From positions 100,085 through 164,084 of the forward strand of contig CAZTYM010000001.1 of the NCBI GenBank assembly GCA_964617475.1: a DNA stretch of 64,000 nucleotides, given 5' to 3'. The notes beneath the pieces are model-generated. The model searched no databases. It was not told the DNA's origin and saw nothing but the letters and a program-made list of their open reading frames with translations. The position numbers were made by a program, and so were the translations under genes. Of the stretch, positions 1 through 10,974 are shown in pieces (the stretch's first letter is position 1; each line of letters starts with the position of its first letter). The stretch comes from an uncultured Thiotrichales bacterium (lineage in GTDB: Bacteria; Pseudomonadota; Gammaproteobacteria; GCA-2400775).

Positions 1-104
1 AACTCGTGGCCGATAGACTTGTCTTAAAGCCATAAATCGATCACGATTGACGAATTAACTATTCGCTTGGCTTGCTGCGTTTTTGCAGCGCCATTTTTTA
101 AAGT

Positions 105-731
105 TTGGATTGGCGTATGCATGAACGTGTTCAGCAAATTATTAAATTAATCACCATTGGCGTGCTCTGCGGCAACCTGCAAGCCTGTTCTAATTGGACC
201 GGTGACGGTAATGCCGTCAGTGATAAGGTAGAGCGTGCGTCAGTTGTTGTCTGGGCTCCAGAACAATCACCTGGTGCAGACGCCGTGATGAGAGAACATG
301 TGGCAACATTTAATGCCGATCAACGTAATGTGCAAATAGAACTTAAACTCATGCCCGAGCGGGAATATATGTCACAACTGCAACAAGCTCGAAACGAGCA
401 AACGTTACCAGGTGTTATTTGTCTAGAGCTTGCACAGTTTCAAGAATATGTTGAAAGCGATTTGCTGCAACCGCTCGAAAAAATGATGTCGCAACGTTTG
501 TGGAATGATTTGTTGCCAGACTTACTTGAGCAAGGCCATATTGGTACCCATATGTATGGTTTGCCGGCAATGCATACTGCTAAAAAAGATTGGTTGTGGA
601 CAGTAGTAGATGATGCCAAAGATAAATCCGCAACCATGGCCTTTATTCATTATTTGTTGCACCCTGAAAGGCAAAAGCCAATGATCGCAACAGGTAGTAC
701 AGAAGCGGTAACCTACTCTGCGCTTAATTAA
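105..731 (+). CDS. Putative lipoprotein with a shortened solute-binding-protein-like sequence
   Basis: N-terminal signal peptide with a lipobox-like LQAC. The N- and C-terminal stretches resemble type-1 periplasmic binding proteins, but at 208 aa it is only about half the usual length. Confidence 0.4.
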   Translation: MDWRMHERVQQIIKLITIGVLCGNLQACSNWTGDGNAVSDKVERASVVVWAPEQSPGADAVMREHVATFNADQRNVQIELKLMPEREYMSQLQQARNEQTLPGVICLELAQFQEYVESDLLQPLEKMMSQRLWNDLLPDLLEQGHIGTHMYGLPAMHTAKKDWLWTVVDDAKDKSATMAFIHYLLHPERQKPMIATGSTEAVTYSALN

Positions 732-873
732 ATGCGTGTATATTTAAGCCTCTTGAAAATCTCCTTATTGTCCGCATATTAATAGGCAGGCGGATGCCTT
801 ATGGGTCTGCCTGTTTTTGGTGAGCCTGGCCTATGGCGGGTTCTCGTTATCTTGCATTATGGAGAAAACACCT

Positions 874-1332
874 ATGCGTAATTTTGACTTAACTCCTTTA
901 TATCGTTCTGCTATTGGCTTTGATCATCTGTTTTCGCTGCTAGATTCAGCGGCTCGCAGTGATAGCTCTAATGGTTATCCTCCTTATAATGTAGAACTGG
1001 TAGATGAAGACCAGTATCGCATTACTATGGCGGTGGCAGGTTTTGACGACAGTGAATTGTCTATAGAAGTCAAAGAAAATACCTTAACTGTTACCGGCGA
1101 AAAAGTCGCAGATACCGCGCAGCGCAATTATCTGCACCAGGGTATTGCTGCACGTAACTTTGAACGTCGTTTTCAATTAGCTGATCATGTTAAAGTGACT
1201 AACGCGAATTTAGTTAATGGTTTATTGGATATTGATCTACAACGTGAAATTCCAGAAGCGATGAAACCACGCAAAGTAGCAATTAATACTTCTGCAGTAA
1301 AAGACAAACTGATCTCAGGTCAGGCTGCCTAA
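874..1332 (+). CDS. ibpA: Small heat-shock protein, Hsp20/IbpA family
   Basis: [17 protein letters not shown]...[24 protein letters not shown] is near-identical in pattern to the E. coli IbpA N-terminus and alpha-crystallin domain. Start placed at the internal MRNF rather than the longer ORF start. Confidence 0.85.
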   Translation: MRNFDLTPLYRSAIGFDHLFSLLDSAARSDSSNGYPPYNVELVDEDQYRITMAVAGFDDSELSIEVKENTLTVTGEKVADTAQRNYLHQGIAARNFERRFQLADHVKVTNANLVNGLLDIDLQREIPEAMKPRKVAINTSAVKDKLISGQAA

Positions 1333-1392
1333 TCACTAAGCAGTAATGTAAAGGAGGGGGCGAATGCCCCCTCTATTGTTTGTAGTCGCAAA

Positions 1393-1965
1393 CTATTTTT
1401 CAAAGTTAGCCAGTAACTCAGTTTCAACTTCTTCAGGAATTTCGCGATTACCGCTATTGACTATTGCATCATAAAGCTTGTGCACGCTGATGCCATAATC
1501 TTCAGGATATAGTTGCTCCATATCCCTGTTTCTTGACCCTTCAACCATTTGTTCTGCTAAGCCGTTATCCGGTAGTAATAATTTTACTAGTGGTTCAAAA
1601 CGCCAGAATAAACCACCGTCTTTTTCAATCAGCGCAATATAAGCTTTCATTTCCTGAATAACGTCGTATTGGCGGCGATTGCTGACCAGCATGTAGACAA
1701 ATATGCCGATAGCAGAGCTTGGCACCATGATGATCCAGCTCATTTTTGCCAAGGTTTCTTGATCGATCGCGCCATTACTGACGCCTATATTACCTAGTAA
1801 AAACAGCACACCATAAACTATTGCCGCAGCAATCACGCCAGTCAGTTTGGGTTTATGTTTTGCAGGAGCGATACGTTTTTTGAAATCCAGGCGTTCGAGA
1901 TCGAATTTCTTTTCGAATTGCTGAATGATGGAACGTTTGATTTTACGTTTTGATTTAGTGGCCAT
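1393..1965 (-). CDS. Hypothetical inner-membrane protein (two TM helices, basic N-terminus)
   Basis: ORF with lysine-rich N-terminus MATKSKRKIKR, two hydrophobic helices and an acidic C-terminus. Family not recognised. Confidence 0.5.
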   Translation of the reverse strand: MATKSKRKIKRSIIQQFEKKFDLERLDFKKRIAPAKHKPKLTGVIAAAIVYGVLFLLGNIGVSNGAIDQETLAKMSWIIMVPSSAIGIFVYMLVSNRRQYDVIQEMKAYIALIEKDGGLFWRFEPLVKLLLPDNGLAEQMVEGSRNRDMEQLYPEDYGISVHKLYDAIVNSGNREIPEEVETELLANFEK

Positions 1966-2020
1966 AGGGCCGCGCATTATCGCATGAAATGAGATAATGT
2001 CAGTAACGAAAAATGTGAGA

Positions 2021-3781
2021 TTATTTGTCTGAATCTATGACTGCGATTTGACAGCGGTTTCTGCCAAGCCGTTTAGCTTCGTATAAAGCGTCGTCGGCAC
2101 GAGAAAATACCTTATCAGGTGAGTCATTTTCACCGAACTCGGAGATACCGGCAGAAAGTGTTACAGGTATGGGTTTACCTTTGACTTCAAAATTACTGGA
2201 CTCAACTTGTTTTCGAATATTATCCGCGATAGTTTTTGCTGCCTTGCTGTCTGCGCCGGGTAACAACATGACAAATTCTTCGCCACCGTATCTTGCAACA
2301 AAATCAGTTTCGCGTAATTGTTTTTGCAAAATGCTCGCGATATATCGTAAAACATCATCACCTGTTAAGTGGCCATAGGTGTCGTTAATAATTTTAAAAT
2401 GATCCGCATCCCAAATAACCAGGCTAAGAGGTTTTCTATCGCGTTTCCATCTGGCGAATTCGACAAGAATACGTTCATCAAACGCCAGGCGATTAGGGGT
2501 TTTTGTCAGTGGATCAATGGTCGCTTGTATATGTTGTTCTTGAATTTGCTCACGCAATAAGCTTGCTTCTGATTCCATCGACTCAAGCTTGCTAGTCAGT
2601 TCACTCACTAATTTTTCAGACTCGGCATGCGCCTCTTTATGCTGTTGCTGGTGAGTACGCAAGTGTTCACGCAGACCATCTAACTGACTGAAGACGGATT
2701 TTCTTACTTGATCAATGTCATCGTGATTATTAATACTATGGTGAATACCTTCAACACTTTCATTAACGTTTTTATGAATAACATCGTTAGCCAGTTGTAC
2801 TTTTTCTCGAACCGATGATAGCCCAGAGATATTGAGCCCCATCACTTCAAGATGGTTAGTCAGTTCTGAGAGGAAGCTTTCAAGTTCATTTTTTTGTTCT
2901 TGAACTTGATTTTTAGCCTTCTCAATGAGATTGGATAGCAGTTTTAGTAGGCGCGGCCATTCATCAAGGGCTATCGGTTGTTCAAGTCGTTCGCGAATAT
3001 TAGCGACATCTACAGTTAGCGCTTCTGGAAAGTTTAGAAACTCAATGAGCAAGATAATCGCATCTGAAGCATCGTATGACTCCACTGAACCCGACTGAAT
3101 TTGTTGTTCTAAATCAGCCGCTGCTTTATTGAGTAGTTCGGAAAGTTGGATCGCCAGTTGTTTAAGTTTTTCTGGCTCTGCTTCCGCAGATTGCGCTTGT
3201 ATCGCCCGCAGCGTCGAGCTCGGAATTTCAGGAAAATCCAATCGACTGACGAAAACATTGATTAAATTTATATCATTTGCGGTGGATGTTTCGCCATGTG
3301 AATACGAAGTAGTAGTATCAGCAGCTTGATTACCGACCATATTGCCGATGTCAGTAACAATTTTCTCTAATTCTTTTTGATTAAGTTCTTGGCTAAGCTG
3401 TGATTTAAGCTGCTTAGCTTGTTGGCGAATGCTATCAATATTTTCTAGTTGGTCAGAGAGCTTTAAAAGCACCTTTGTCGGTGTTAACTGGTGCTCGGTT
3501 TCCTTGCTCAGCTGCATCAAAGTACCCGGCATACTCGCCGTCACTTCTTTCAACATGCGAATATCAACGTGTTTACCCATTGATTTACGCAAATTTGACA
3601 AACGTTCGTCTAAAACAGGGTGAACACCGTTGGCAGCGATTGTCAGTCGCCGAATGGTCATCCGTAACAGCTCTTCGGATTCAATCCATTCGCGCTCTTT
3701 TCGTCTCAGGTCATCTTGTGCCTGATTGAATTTAAGCTTCCAGTTCTCTTCACTGGTGCTCTTTTTTGACCGATTCAGCAT
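2021..3781 (-). CDS. Diguanylate cyclase (GGDEF domain) with long N-terminal coiled-coil region
   Basis: C-terminal RYGGEEF...GGEEFVMLLPG GGDEF signature. The roughly 400-aa N-terminus is highly helical and charged, with no TM segment. Confidence 0.85.
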   Translation of the reverse strand: MLNRSKKSTSEENWKLKFNQAQDDLRRKEREWIESEELLRMTIRRLTIAANGVHPVLDERLSNLRKSMGKHVDIRMLKEVTASMPGTLMQLSKETEHQLTPTKVLLKLSDQLENIDSIRQQAKQLKSQLSQELNQKELEKIVTDIGNMVGNQAADTTTSYSHGETSTANDINLINVFVSRLDFPEIPSSTLRAIQAQSAEAEPEKLKQLAIQLSELLNKAAADLEQQIQSGSVESYDASDAIILLIEFLNFPEALTVDVANIRERLEQPIALDEWPRLLKLLSNLIEKAKNQVQEQKNELESFLSELTNHLEVMGLNISGLSSVREKVQLANDVIHKNVNESVEGIHHSINNHDDIDQVRKSVFSQLDGLREHLRTHQQQHKEAHAESEKLVSELTSKLESMESEASLLREQIQEQHIQATIDPLTKTPNRLAFDERILVEFARWKRDRKPLSLVIWDADHFKIINDTYGHLTGDDVLRYIASILQKQLRETDFVARYGGEEFVMLLPGADSKAAKTIADNIRKQVESSNFEVKGKPIPVTLSAGISEFGENDSPDKVFSRADDALYEAKRLGRNRCQIAVIDSDK

Positions 3782-3982
3782 GAACCCTTCATGTTTAAGA
3801 TACGTTAAAATATGGTTAATAGACGGTAATCGTATCTAGACACAATAGGGTAGATGCAATTTCCGCCATATTTCGAGTTGTTCGTATAAAAGTAGCGACT
3901 TACTCAGCCGAAACTTGAGGCGAAAATTCAGCCGATAAAGCCCGTTTCTGGCGGCAACCTTGGTAGTAATTGACAGCTCAGG

Positions 3983-4372
3983 CTAATTGACGAGATTAGG
4001 GATGGCGAGAGAGAACGGTGCTATTTGAACGTCGAAGGTGTCACCCTCGTCACTGATCATTTGGTAGCTGCCTTGCATGGTGCCAAATTCGGTTTCAAGC
4101 GGACAAATAGAGGTATATTCAAACTCATCACCGGGTTTCAAAGTGGGTTGTTCACCGATGACTCCTGCTCCACGAACCTCCTGGACCTGGCCGTTGCCGT
4201 CGGTAATAATCCAATGTCGGCTAATAAGCTGAACAGTTCGTTCGCTCTCATTTGTAATCAAAACGGTATAAGTGAAAAACCATTGTGAATGTTCAGGTTC
4301 AGATCGTTCAGGAACGTAATGCGACTGAACATTAACAAGAACACCTTCTGTGCGAGCTTCTGATTTTGTCAT
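3983..4372 (-). CDS. apaG: ApaG (DUF525) protein
   Basis: 129 aa; HWIITDGNG...EVRGAGVIGEQPTLKPGDEFEYTS matches the ApaG/DUF525 fold signature. Confidence 0.85.
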   Translation of the reverse strand: MTKSEARTEGVLVNVQSHYVPERSEPEHSQWFFTYTVLITNESERTVQLISRHWIITDGNGQVQEVRGAGVIGEQPTLKPGDEFEYTSICPLETEFGTMQGSYQMISDEGDTFDVQIAPFSLAIPNLVN

Positions 4373-4495
4373 TGATATAACTGCAGTTTATTCTCAGCAG
4401 ATGATTATAACTGGTTTCGTCAGCAGATTCGCCAGCCAAATGAGTAGGCTATAATAGAATCAGGCTAATATAAACGACAAGAAATAAGGAAACGC

Positions 4496-5533
4496 GTGGC
4501 AACAAGTGTCTCTGTGCTCGCACCCGGATTATTAGGGCATCCATCATTTGCAGAAGCTATGGCTAATATCAGTTTGCCAGGTATTGAGCAACTGTTTGAT
4601 GCAATAATCGATACTATCCCAGCCAGCGACCGCTACGATCAGCAATTACTTTCCTTGCTAGGCGCAAATGTATCGCCAGATCGCATTGCTTCTCTTGCAA
4701 AAATGCTAGCATCTGAAACAGGCGGTAAAGCGCAAAAAGCTTCCTATCTGATCGCCTCGTTTGTTCATTTACAGGCAGATTCAGGTCGACTTATCATGTT
4801 CGGCGATGACCAATTAGAGGTAGATGAGAGTGAAACACAACAGTGGCTTGGGGAGTTAGAGCCGCTGTTTGAAGAACATCACATTAAGGCCGAGGCGATA
4901 TCTCCTGAGCATTGGCTAATAACAAGTGATAAACCCTTAGATTCAACTTTCTCACCTTTGTCACAGGTAGTGGGTAAGGACATACATGATTTTATGCCTA
5001 AAGGCGCTAATGCAATGTACTGGCGCAGCTTAATGAACGAAATTCAAATGCAGCTCCATCTGAGTTCTGAGAACAATGGAAGACAAGTACAAAGACGTAA
5101 AGTAGTTAATAGCATGTGGTTATGGGGTAGTGGTGAGCAGGTCAATACTAATAATTGCATTTGGCAAGGTATTACCACCGATGATGTGTTGGCGCGTCTG
5201 CTAGCTCAACGAATAGGTATTGGAACAATACGTTCCTTAAAACAAGGTGACGATTTGTTAAATCGGAATAACGCGTATCAAATCATCGTCGATACAAGCA
5301 TGGCCGGGCCTACGGCAAGACAGGATGTAGATTCATGGTATCAATATTTAGAGTTGTTTCAAGCAACCGTCGCTGCACCAATAATTCAAGCATTAAAGTC
5401 AAAAGAAATAAAAGAAGTACAGCTCTATCCAATAAATGGCCGAGCATTCCGTTTAAGGGTGGGTGGTTTTAATCCGTTGCGAAATTTTTTTGGTAAAAGA
5501 AAACATTTTGTCGATTATATGGCCGAAGTTTGA
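4496..5533 (+). CDS. Conserved hypothetical protein, translationally coupled to recJ
   Basis: 345-aa ORF whose stop overlaps the recJ start (ATGA overlap at 5530-5533). No confident family assignment from sequence. Confidence 0.5.
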   Translation: MATSVSVLAPGLLGHPSFAEAMANISLPGIEQLFDAIIDTIPASDRYDQQLLSLLGANVSPDRIASLAKMLASETGGKAQKASYLIASFVHLQADSGRLIMFGDDQLEVDESETQQWLGELEPLFEEHHIKAEAISPEHWLITSDKPLDSTFSPLSQVVGKDIHDFMPKGANAMYWRSLMNEIQMQLHLSSENNGRQVQRRKVVNSMWLWGSGEQVNTNNCIWQGITTDDVLARLLAQRIGIGTIRSLKQGDDLLNRNNAYQIIVDTSMAGPTARQDVDSWYQYLELFQATVAAPIIQALKSKEIKEVQLYPINGRAFRLRVGGFNPLRNFFGKRKHFVDYMAEV

Positions 5534-7284
5534 TGAGCGATTTTATCGACAGCAAACAAATTAAAAGACGGCATATTAATGCCGAGCTCGCGCTGCCTGA
5601 TTCAATGCACCCCGTTTTGGCTAAAGTGCTCGCTGCCAGAGATGTGCAATCAGTAAATGAACTAGACTATTCCCTAAACCAGTTGCAGCCTTATGAGAAA
5701 TTGTTCGGCATTAGCGAAGCATGTCAGTTATTACATAAGCATTTAAAGCTCGGTTCGCACATATTGATTGTCGCTGACTTTGATGCTGATGGTGCAACCA
5801 GTTGTGCTTTAGCTATGCGAGGCCTAAAAGCTATGGGTGCAAAGCAGGTTTCCTATGTTGTGCCCAATAGATTTGAATACGGCTATGGCCTAACGCCAGC
5901 GATTGTTGAGGTAGCAGCAAGTCATACACCCGATCTAATTGTTACCGTGGATAATGGTATATCCAGTAACAATGGCGTGGCCGCTGCACGCGAAAAGGGC
6001 ATTGATGTATTAATCACAGATCATCATCTACCGGGTAAGCAGTTGCCAGAAGCAAATGCCATCGTTAACCCAAACCAGCATGAAGATAAATTTCCAAGTA
6101 AAGTGCTAGCTGGTGTTGGCGTGATGTTCTATGTGCTGATGGCTTTGCGTGCTGAGCTTAAAACCAGCAATTGGTTTGGGGAAAAAAATATTCCTATACC
6201 TAACCTCGCTCAATGGTTAGATCTCGTCGCCTTAGGAACTATTGCCGATGTTGTGCCGCTTGATCATAATAATCGTATCTTAGTTGAACAGGGTCTGCGT
6301 CGTATTCGTCAGGGCAAATGTTGTGAAGGTATCAGCGCATTGCTCGCCGTATCTGGTCGTAATGCCACTTATCTCGCAAGCGCTGACTTGGGCTTTGCTT
6401 TAGGGCCAAGACTCAATGCAGCTGGGCGGCTTGATGATATGCAACAGGGTATCGAATGTTTATTGTGTGACGATACCGCCACCGCATTGCAAATAGCGCA
6501 ATCGCTTGATGAGTTAAACCAGGAGCGCCGCGATATTCAAGCGCAAATGAAAAAAGAAGCGATTGCCGAATTACGTAATATACGTGTCGAAGAGCAAGAC
6601 CAATATGGCCTATGTATTTTTCGCCGTGATTGGCATCAGGGTATAGTCGGTCTCGTAGCGGCTCATGTAAGAGAACAAAAACACAGGCCAGTTATTGCTT
6701 TTGCTGTCAGCGGTGAGGGTGAGCTCAAGGGTTCGGCACGTTCAATTCCTGGTTTACATATCCGCGATGCCTTAGACAGCGTTGCCACGCGTTATCCGCA
6801 CCTTATTTCTAAATTTGGTGGTCACGCCATGGCCGCAGGTTTAAGTCTACAGGAAGACCACTACGCAGAATTCTCACAACGCTTTAATGAAGTAGTTTGC
6901 GAAATGCTTAGTGAAGAAGATTTAAAAGAAGTAATTCATAGCGACGGCGAGCTATTAGAAGAATATCTCGATCTCGAAGCTGCTTTTGCGCTGCGCGGAG
7001 CAGGGCCTTGGGGCCAGCATTTCCCGGAACCGTTGTTTGATGGCAGTTTTGAGATTGTTGATAAACGCATCGTTGGCGAGAGCCACTTAAAGCTAAAACT
7101 GCGTGCCAAGCAGGGCCGTATTGTCGATGCCATTGCCTTTAATATCACCGACGAAGACTGGCCAGAAGATGTGGTAAGCGTGCGCGTCGCTTACCGTTTA
7201 GACATTAATGAATATCGCGGCGAGTGCTCACCACAGTTGATTATTGAGCATGTAGAGCCGCTTTCCACCACAGCGGTTAGCTGA
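5530..7284 (+). CDS. recJ: Single-stranded-DNA-specific exonuclease RecJ
   Basis: DHH motifs (ADFDADGATS, DHH) and DHHA1 region at RecJ length (584 aa). Lies upstream of prfB-lysS as in E. coli. Confidence 0.9.
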   Translation: MMSDFIDSKQIKRRHINAELALPDSMHPVLAKVLAARDVQSVNELDYSLNQLQPYEKLFGISEACQLLHKHLKLGSHILIVADFDADGATSCALAMRGLKAMGAKQVSYVVPNRFEYGYGLTPAIVEVAASHTPDLIVTVDNGISSNNGVAAAREKGIDVLITDHHLPGKQLPEANAIVNPNQHEDKFPSKVLAGVGVMFYVLMALRAELKTSNWFGEKNIPIPNLAQWLDLVALGTIADVVPLDHNNRILVEQGLRRIRQGKCCEGISALLAVSGRNATYLASADLGFALGPRLNAAGRLDDMQQGIECLLCDDTATALQIAQSLDELNQERRDIQAQMKKEAIAELRNIRVEEQDQYGLCIFRRDWHQGIVGLVAAHVREQKHRPVIAFAVSGEGELKGSARSIPGLHIRDALDSVATRYPHLISKFGGHAMAAGLSLQEDHYAEFSQRFNEVVCEMLSEEDLKEVIHSDGELLEEYLDLEAAFALRGAGPWGQHFPEPLFDGSFEIVDKRIVGESHLKLKLRAKQGRIVDAIAFNITDEDWPEDVVSVRVAYRLDINEYRGECSPQLIIEHVEPLSTTAVS

Positions 7285-7338
7285 GACTAGCCCGTATCGT
7301 GTAAACTACGCCGTTTTACACGATTTTCAGGTTTTAGA

Positions 7339-8437
7339 ATGATCGAAATTAATCTCATCTCACGTCGTATCAAAGATATGCAGGATCGCAGCAACGCTCT
7401 AAGGGGGTATCTTTGACTATGAGCAAAAGCACGAGAGATTAATCGAGGTCAGTCGAGAATTAGAGCAACCCGAAATCTGGAATGATGCCGAGCGAGCCCA
7501 GGCACTGGGTAAAGAGCGTTCGCAGCTTGAGCAAGTTGTTAACACCCTCGGAACTCTGGGCAGTACCTTAGATGACAGTAAGGAGCTCCTAGAGCTTGCC
7601 GCCGAAGAAGATGACCAAGAATCGGTAGATACCGTCGAAGCGGATTTAGATGAACTGGAAAACCAGCTTGCCGCCTTAGAATTTCGCCGCATGTTCTCAG
7701 GCGAAATGGACCCTAACAATTGCTACCTTGATATTCAATCAGGTTCAGGTGGTACCGAAGCGCAAGACTGGGCAGAAATGTTATTGCGTATGTATTTGCG
7801 TTGGGGTGAGCGCAGCGAATTTAAAACTGAACTAATTGAAGTTTCACCGGGTGATGTTGCGGGGATTAAACAAGCGACTATTCAGTTTACGGGGGAGTAT
7901 GCCTTTGGCTGGTTGCGCACTGAAACCGGCGTGCATCGTTTAGTGCGTAAGTCACCTTTTGATTCCGGTAACCGCCGTCATACATCGTTTGCTGCCGTGT
8001 TTGTTTCACCGGAAATTGATGATGACGTTGATATAGAAATCAATCCCGCCGATTTACGTATTGATACCTACCGTGCCAGTGGAGCCGGTGGACAGCATGT
8101 AAATAAAACCGAGTCCGCCATTCGTATTACGCATATGCCGACCAATGTTGTGGTGCAATGTCAAAACGATAGATCACAACATAAAAACAAAGCTACAGCG
8201 ATGAAACTGCTCAAAGCGAAGTTGTATGAGCTAGAAATACAAAAACGTTCAGCCGATCAGCAAGCCGTAGAAGACAGCAAGGCCGATATCGGCTGGGGTA
8301 GTCAAATACGCTCTTATGTTTTAGATCAGTCACGTATCAAAGATCTACGCACCAGCGTAGAAACCGGAAACACCCAAGCCGTCTTAGACGGTGACTTAAA
8401 CCAATTTATCGAAGCCAGCTTAAAAAGCGGACTCTAA
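7339..8437 (+). CDS. prfB: Peptide chain release factor 2, with programmed +1 frameshift at codon 26
   Basis: Frame 1 reads [25 protein letters not shown] then TGA at 7414-7416. The +1 frame continues DYEQKHERL...[16 protein letters not shown] (SPF/GGQ RF2 motifs). An internal SD-like AGGGGG lies 3 nt upstream of CUU UGA C, the classic RF2 autoregulatory site. Confidence 0.9.
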
Positions 8438-8453
8438 CCATCAGGATAAGCCC

Positions 8454-9938
8454 ATGTCTGAATTAGACGAAAACGAACAAATTACCCAACGTAAAGAAAA
8501 GCTGGCAGAAATGCGCCAGTCAGGCCAAGCCTATCCTAATGATGTACGCCGTGATGCTTTGGCGGGTGATTTGTTGGAGGCGTATAACGAGTTAGACAAA
8601 GAAGCCCTAGAAGAAAAGGCTATTGAAGTTTCCGTAGCAGGGCGCATGATGACCCGCCGTGTCATGGGTAAAGCCAGTTTTGCTCATCTACAAGACATGA
8701 CCGGCCAGATTCAGTGTTTTGTCCAAAAACAAGCTTTGCCAGAAGGTGCGTATGACGATTTTAAAAAATGGGATATTGGAGATATTATCGCAGGTAAAGG
8801 CGTTGTTTTTAAAACCAAAACAGGTGAATTGTCTATAAAGCTATCTGAGTTGCGTTTAATTACTAAATCACTACGCCCATTGCCGGAAAAATTCCATGGC
8901 TTGGCAGATCAAGAAACGCGTTATCGTCAGCGTTATGTTGATTTGATTATGAATGAATCATCACGCGATGTATTTCGAGTACGCAGTGCTACGGTGCAAT
9001 TCATTCGTAACTTCTTAAACGACAAACGTTTTATCGAAGTTGAAACACCGATGATGCAAGTGATTCCGGGTGGTGCCACCGCTCGTCCATTTGAAACCCA
9101 CCATAATGCCTTGGATATGGGCTTATATTTACGTATCGCGCCGGAGCTATATCTCAAACGTTTAGTCGTTGGTGGTATGGAAAAAGTTTTCGAGATAAAC
9201 CGTAACTTCCGTAACGAGGGTTTATCAACCAGACATAATCCAGAATTCACCATGCTCGAATTCTACCAAGCCTATGCGGACTACCATGACCTAATGGATA
9301 TCACCGAAGAAATGCTGCGCGGTTTAGCCGAAAGCGTATTAGGTAAAACCATCATCGACTACCAAGGTGAGCAATACGACTTTGGTAAACCATTCGAGCG
9401 TATGACGGTTAAAGAATCCATCTTAAAACTTAATAATGATATCAGCGCAGAACAACTAGAAAGCCTTGAATCCGCACGGGCAATTTGTGAGCGTTTAAAA
9501 ATCAAAATCAAAGACTCATACGGTTTGGGCAAACTACAAATCGAGATCTTTGAAAAAACCGTTGAGTCAAATTTAAAACACCCAACTTTTATTACCGAAT
9601 ACCCAGTCGAAGTCTCACCACTCGCTCGTCGTTCAGAAACCAATGATTTCGTTACCGACCGGTTTGAATTTTTCATTGGCGGTCGTGAACTTGCAAACGG
9701 CTTCTCAGAGTTAAATGATCCAGAAGACCAGGCCGAACGTTTCCAACAACAAGTGGAAGAAAAAGACGCCGGTGATGATGAAGCTATGCACTACGATGCC
9801 GACTATATTCGTGCATTAGAATACGGTATGCCCCCGACAGCAGGCGAGGGTATCGGTATAGACCGTTTAGTCATGTTATTAACCGACTCACCATCCATCC
9901 GCGATGTATTACTCTTCCCCCATATGCGACCCGAATAA
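8454..9938 (+). CDS. lysS: Lysyl-tRNA synthetase
   Basis: Class II aaRS motifs and LysS-like sequence throughout ([24 protein letters not shown]); 494 aa. Confidence 0.9.
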   Translation: MSELDENEQITQRKEKLAEMRQSGQAYPNDVRRDALAGDLLEAYNELDKEALEEKAIEVSVAGRMMTRRVMGKASFAHLQDMTGQIQCFVQKQALPEGAYDDFKKWDIGDIIAGKGVVFKTKTGELSIKLSELRLITKSLRPLPEKFHGLADQETRYRQRYVDLIMNESSRDVFRVRSATVQFIRNFLNDKRFIEVETPMMQVIPGGATARPFETHHNALDMGLYLRIAPELYLKRLVVGGMEKVFEINRNFRNEGLSTRHNPEFTMLEFYQAYADYHDLMDITEEMLRGLAESVLGKTIIDYQGEQYDFGKPFERMTVKESILKLNNDISAEQLESLESARAICERLKIKIKDSYGLGKLQIEIFEKTVESNLKHPTFITEYPVEVSPLARRSETNDFVTDRFEFFIGGRELANGFSELNDPEDQAERFQQQVEEKDAGDDEAMHYDADYIRALEYGMPPTAGEGIGIDRLVMLLTDSPSIRDVLLFPHMRPE

Positions 9939-10556
9939 GGTGCGATTAGCACCTTATGAGATAGTGCCTGTGGTACGCCCTGAGTGATTAGCGATAGCTA
10001 ATCACGAAGAAGTGGTCTTGGGCCGCGACCCGAATAAATAATTTAAGGGGTCAGCACCTCGTTTTCTATTTTTAGAAAACGGATCTGTAACCCCTAAAAC
10101 TGTCATCTCTATAACTTCGTTCACCCTGAGCTTGTCGAAGGGTAAGCCAGTCCAAGGGTAAACTAGCCTCATCACATCATCCCTGCGCCCTGAGTAGTTT
10201 ACGATAGTAAACTACGAGGAAGTCGTCTTGGGCGGCGCCCTGAATAAGATCCGACTAGGATCTTATGAAGAAGTGGTCCTGGGCCGCGCCCTGAATAAGT
10301 AGTCCCTTATCCAGTTTAAACGCACCCCTCGACACGCTCGGGGTGAACGCAGAGTAGGCAAGGTAAGTCTTAAAGTGTAAGAATTGTAAATATTCCGTTC
10401 ACCCAATGCCCTGAATAAGATGCGTTAAGCATCTTATGAAGAAGTACCCTTGCGGTAAGCTTGTCGAAGGGTGAGCTTATCAAAGGCTGATCCCTGAATA
10501 GTTTGCGACTATTATGTTACGACGAAGTCAACTTAGACAACGACCGGAATAAGTAA
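9939..10556. repeat. Array of REP/BIME-like hairpin repeat units in the lysS downstream intergenic region
   Basis: Conserved flanks GCGCCCTGA(A/G)TA(A)G ... GA(A/G)GAAGTGGTC(C/T)TGGGC(C/G)GCG recur at about 9980, 10183, 10227, 10288, 10408 and 10492. Each encloses a different perfect palindrome (for example GTGATTAGC-GAT-AGCTAATCAC, GTAGTTTAC-GAT-AGTAAACTAC, AAGATGC-GTT-AAGCATCTT). An AGCTTGTCGAAG motif and the palindrome CGTTTTCTA-TTT-TAGAAAACG are also present. Confidence 0.7.
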
Positions 10557-10940
10557 ATGAATATTTTTAAAAAGACATCGTTTTGGGTGATTGTGTCAAT
10601 CATTGGTTTTGGGTTTATCGCTTTTTCGCTGATACCAAAACCTATCGATACGAATTTAGACAATATTGGTAATGGCCAGAAATCAGTGGTGTTTGTTTAC
10701 GACGCCAATTTAACGGTCAGTAACCAGCAAACGGTTGAGATAAATAAAGCACGCGAAACCCTCGGTGAGAGAGTTAATTTCTTATTGGCCAAACCAGGAG
10801 ACCCTAGGGCTGAATCATTTTTAAAACATCATCTGGCTTTATCTACGGATTTGTTGTTTTTTAATGAGTCAGGGGAGTTAGTTGATCGGCAGGTGGCCTT
10901 ATTGAGTGCTGAGGAGTTGATTGAGTCGTTGTCTGATTAA
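10557..10940 (+). CDS. Hypothetical membrane-anchored protein
   Basis: 127-aa ORF with an N-terminal TM helix and no recognisable catalytic motif. Embedded between repeat clusters. Confidence 0.45.
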   Translation: MNIFKKTSFWVIVSIIGFGFIAFSLIPKPIDTNLDNIGNGQKSVVFVYDANLTVSNQQTVEINKARETLGERVNFLLAKPGDPRAESFLKHHLALSTDLLFFNESGELVDRQVALLSAEELIESLSD

Positions 10941-10974
10941 GTCTGCTTGCTGACTCAGTTTCTTTCTTATCGTC

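Noticed and set aside
105-731. Calling ORF1 a full ABC-transporter substrate-binding protein
   Set aside because: It is only 208 aa with no adjacent permease or ATPase genes, so it is described as an SBP-like lipoprotein only.
9939-10556. Possible CRISPR array, because of many short repeats with palindromes
   Set aside because: Repeat units are imperfect and of variable spacing, the palindromic cores differ between units, there are no uniform spacers, and no cas genes are nearby. This fits REP/BIME-like elements better.
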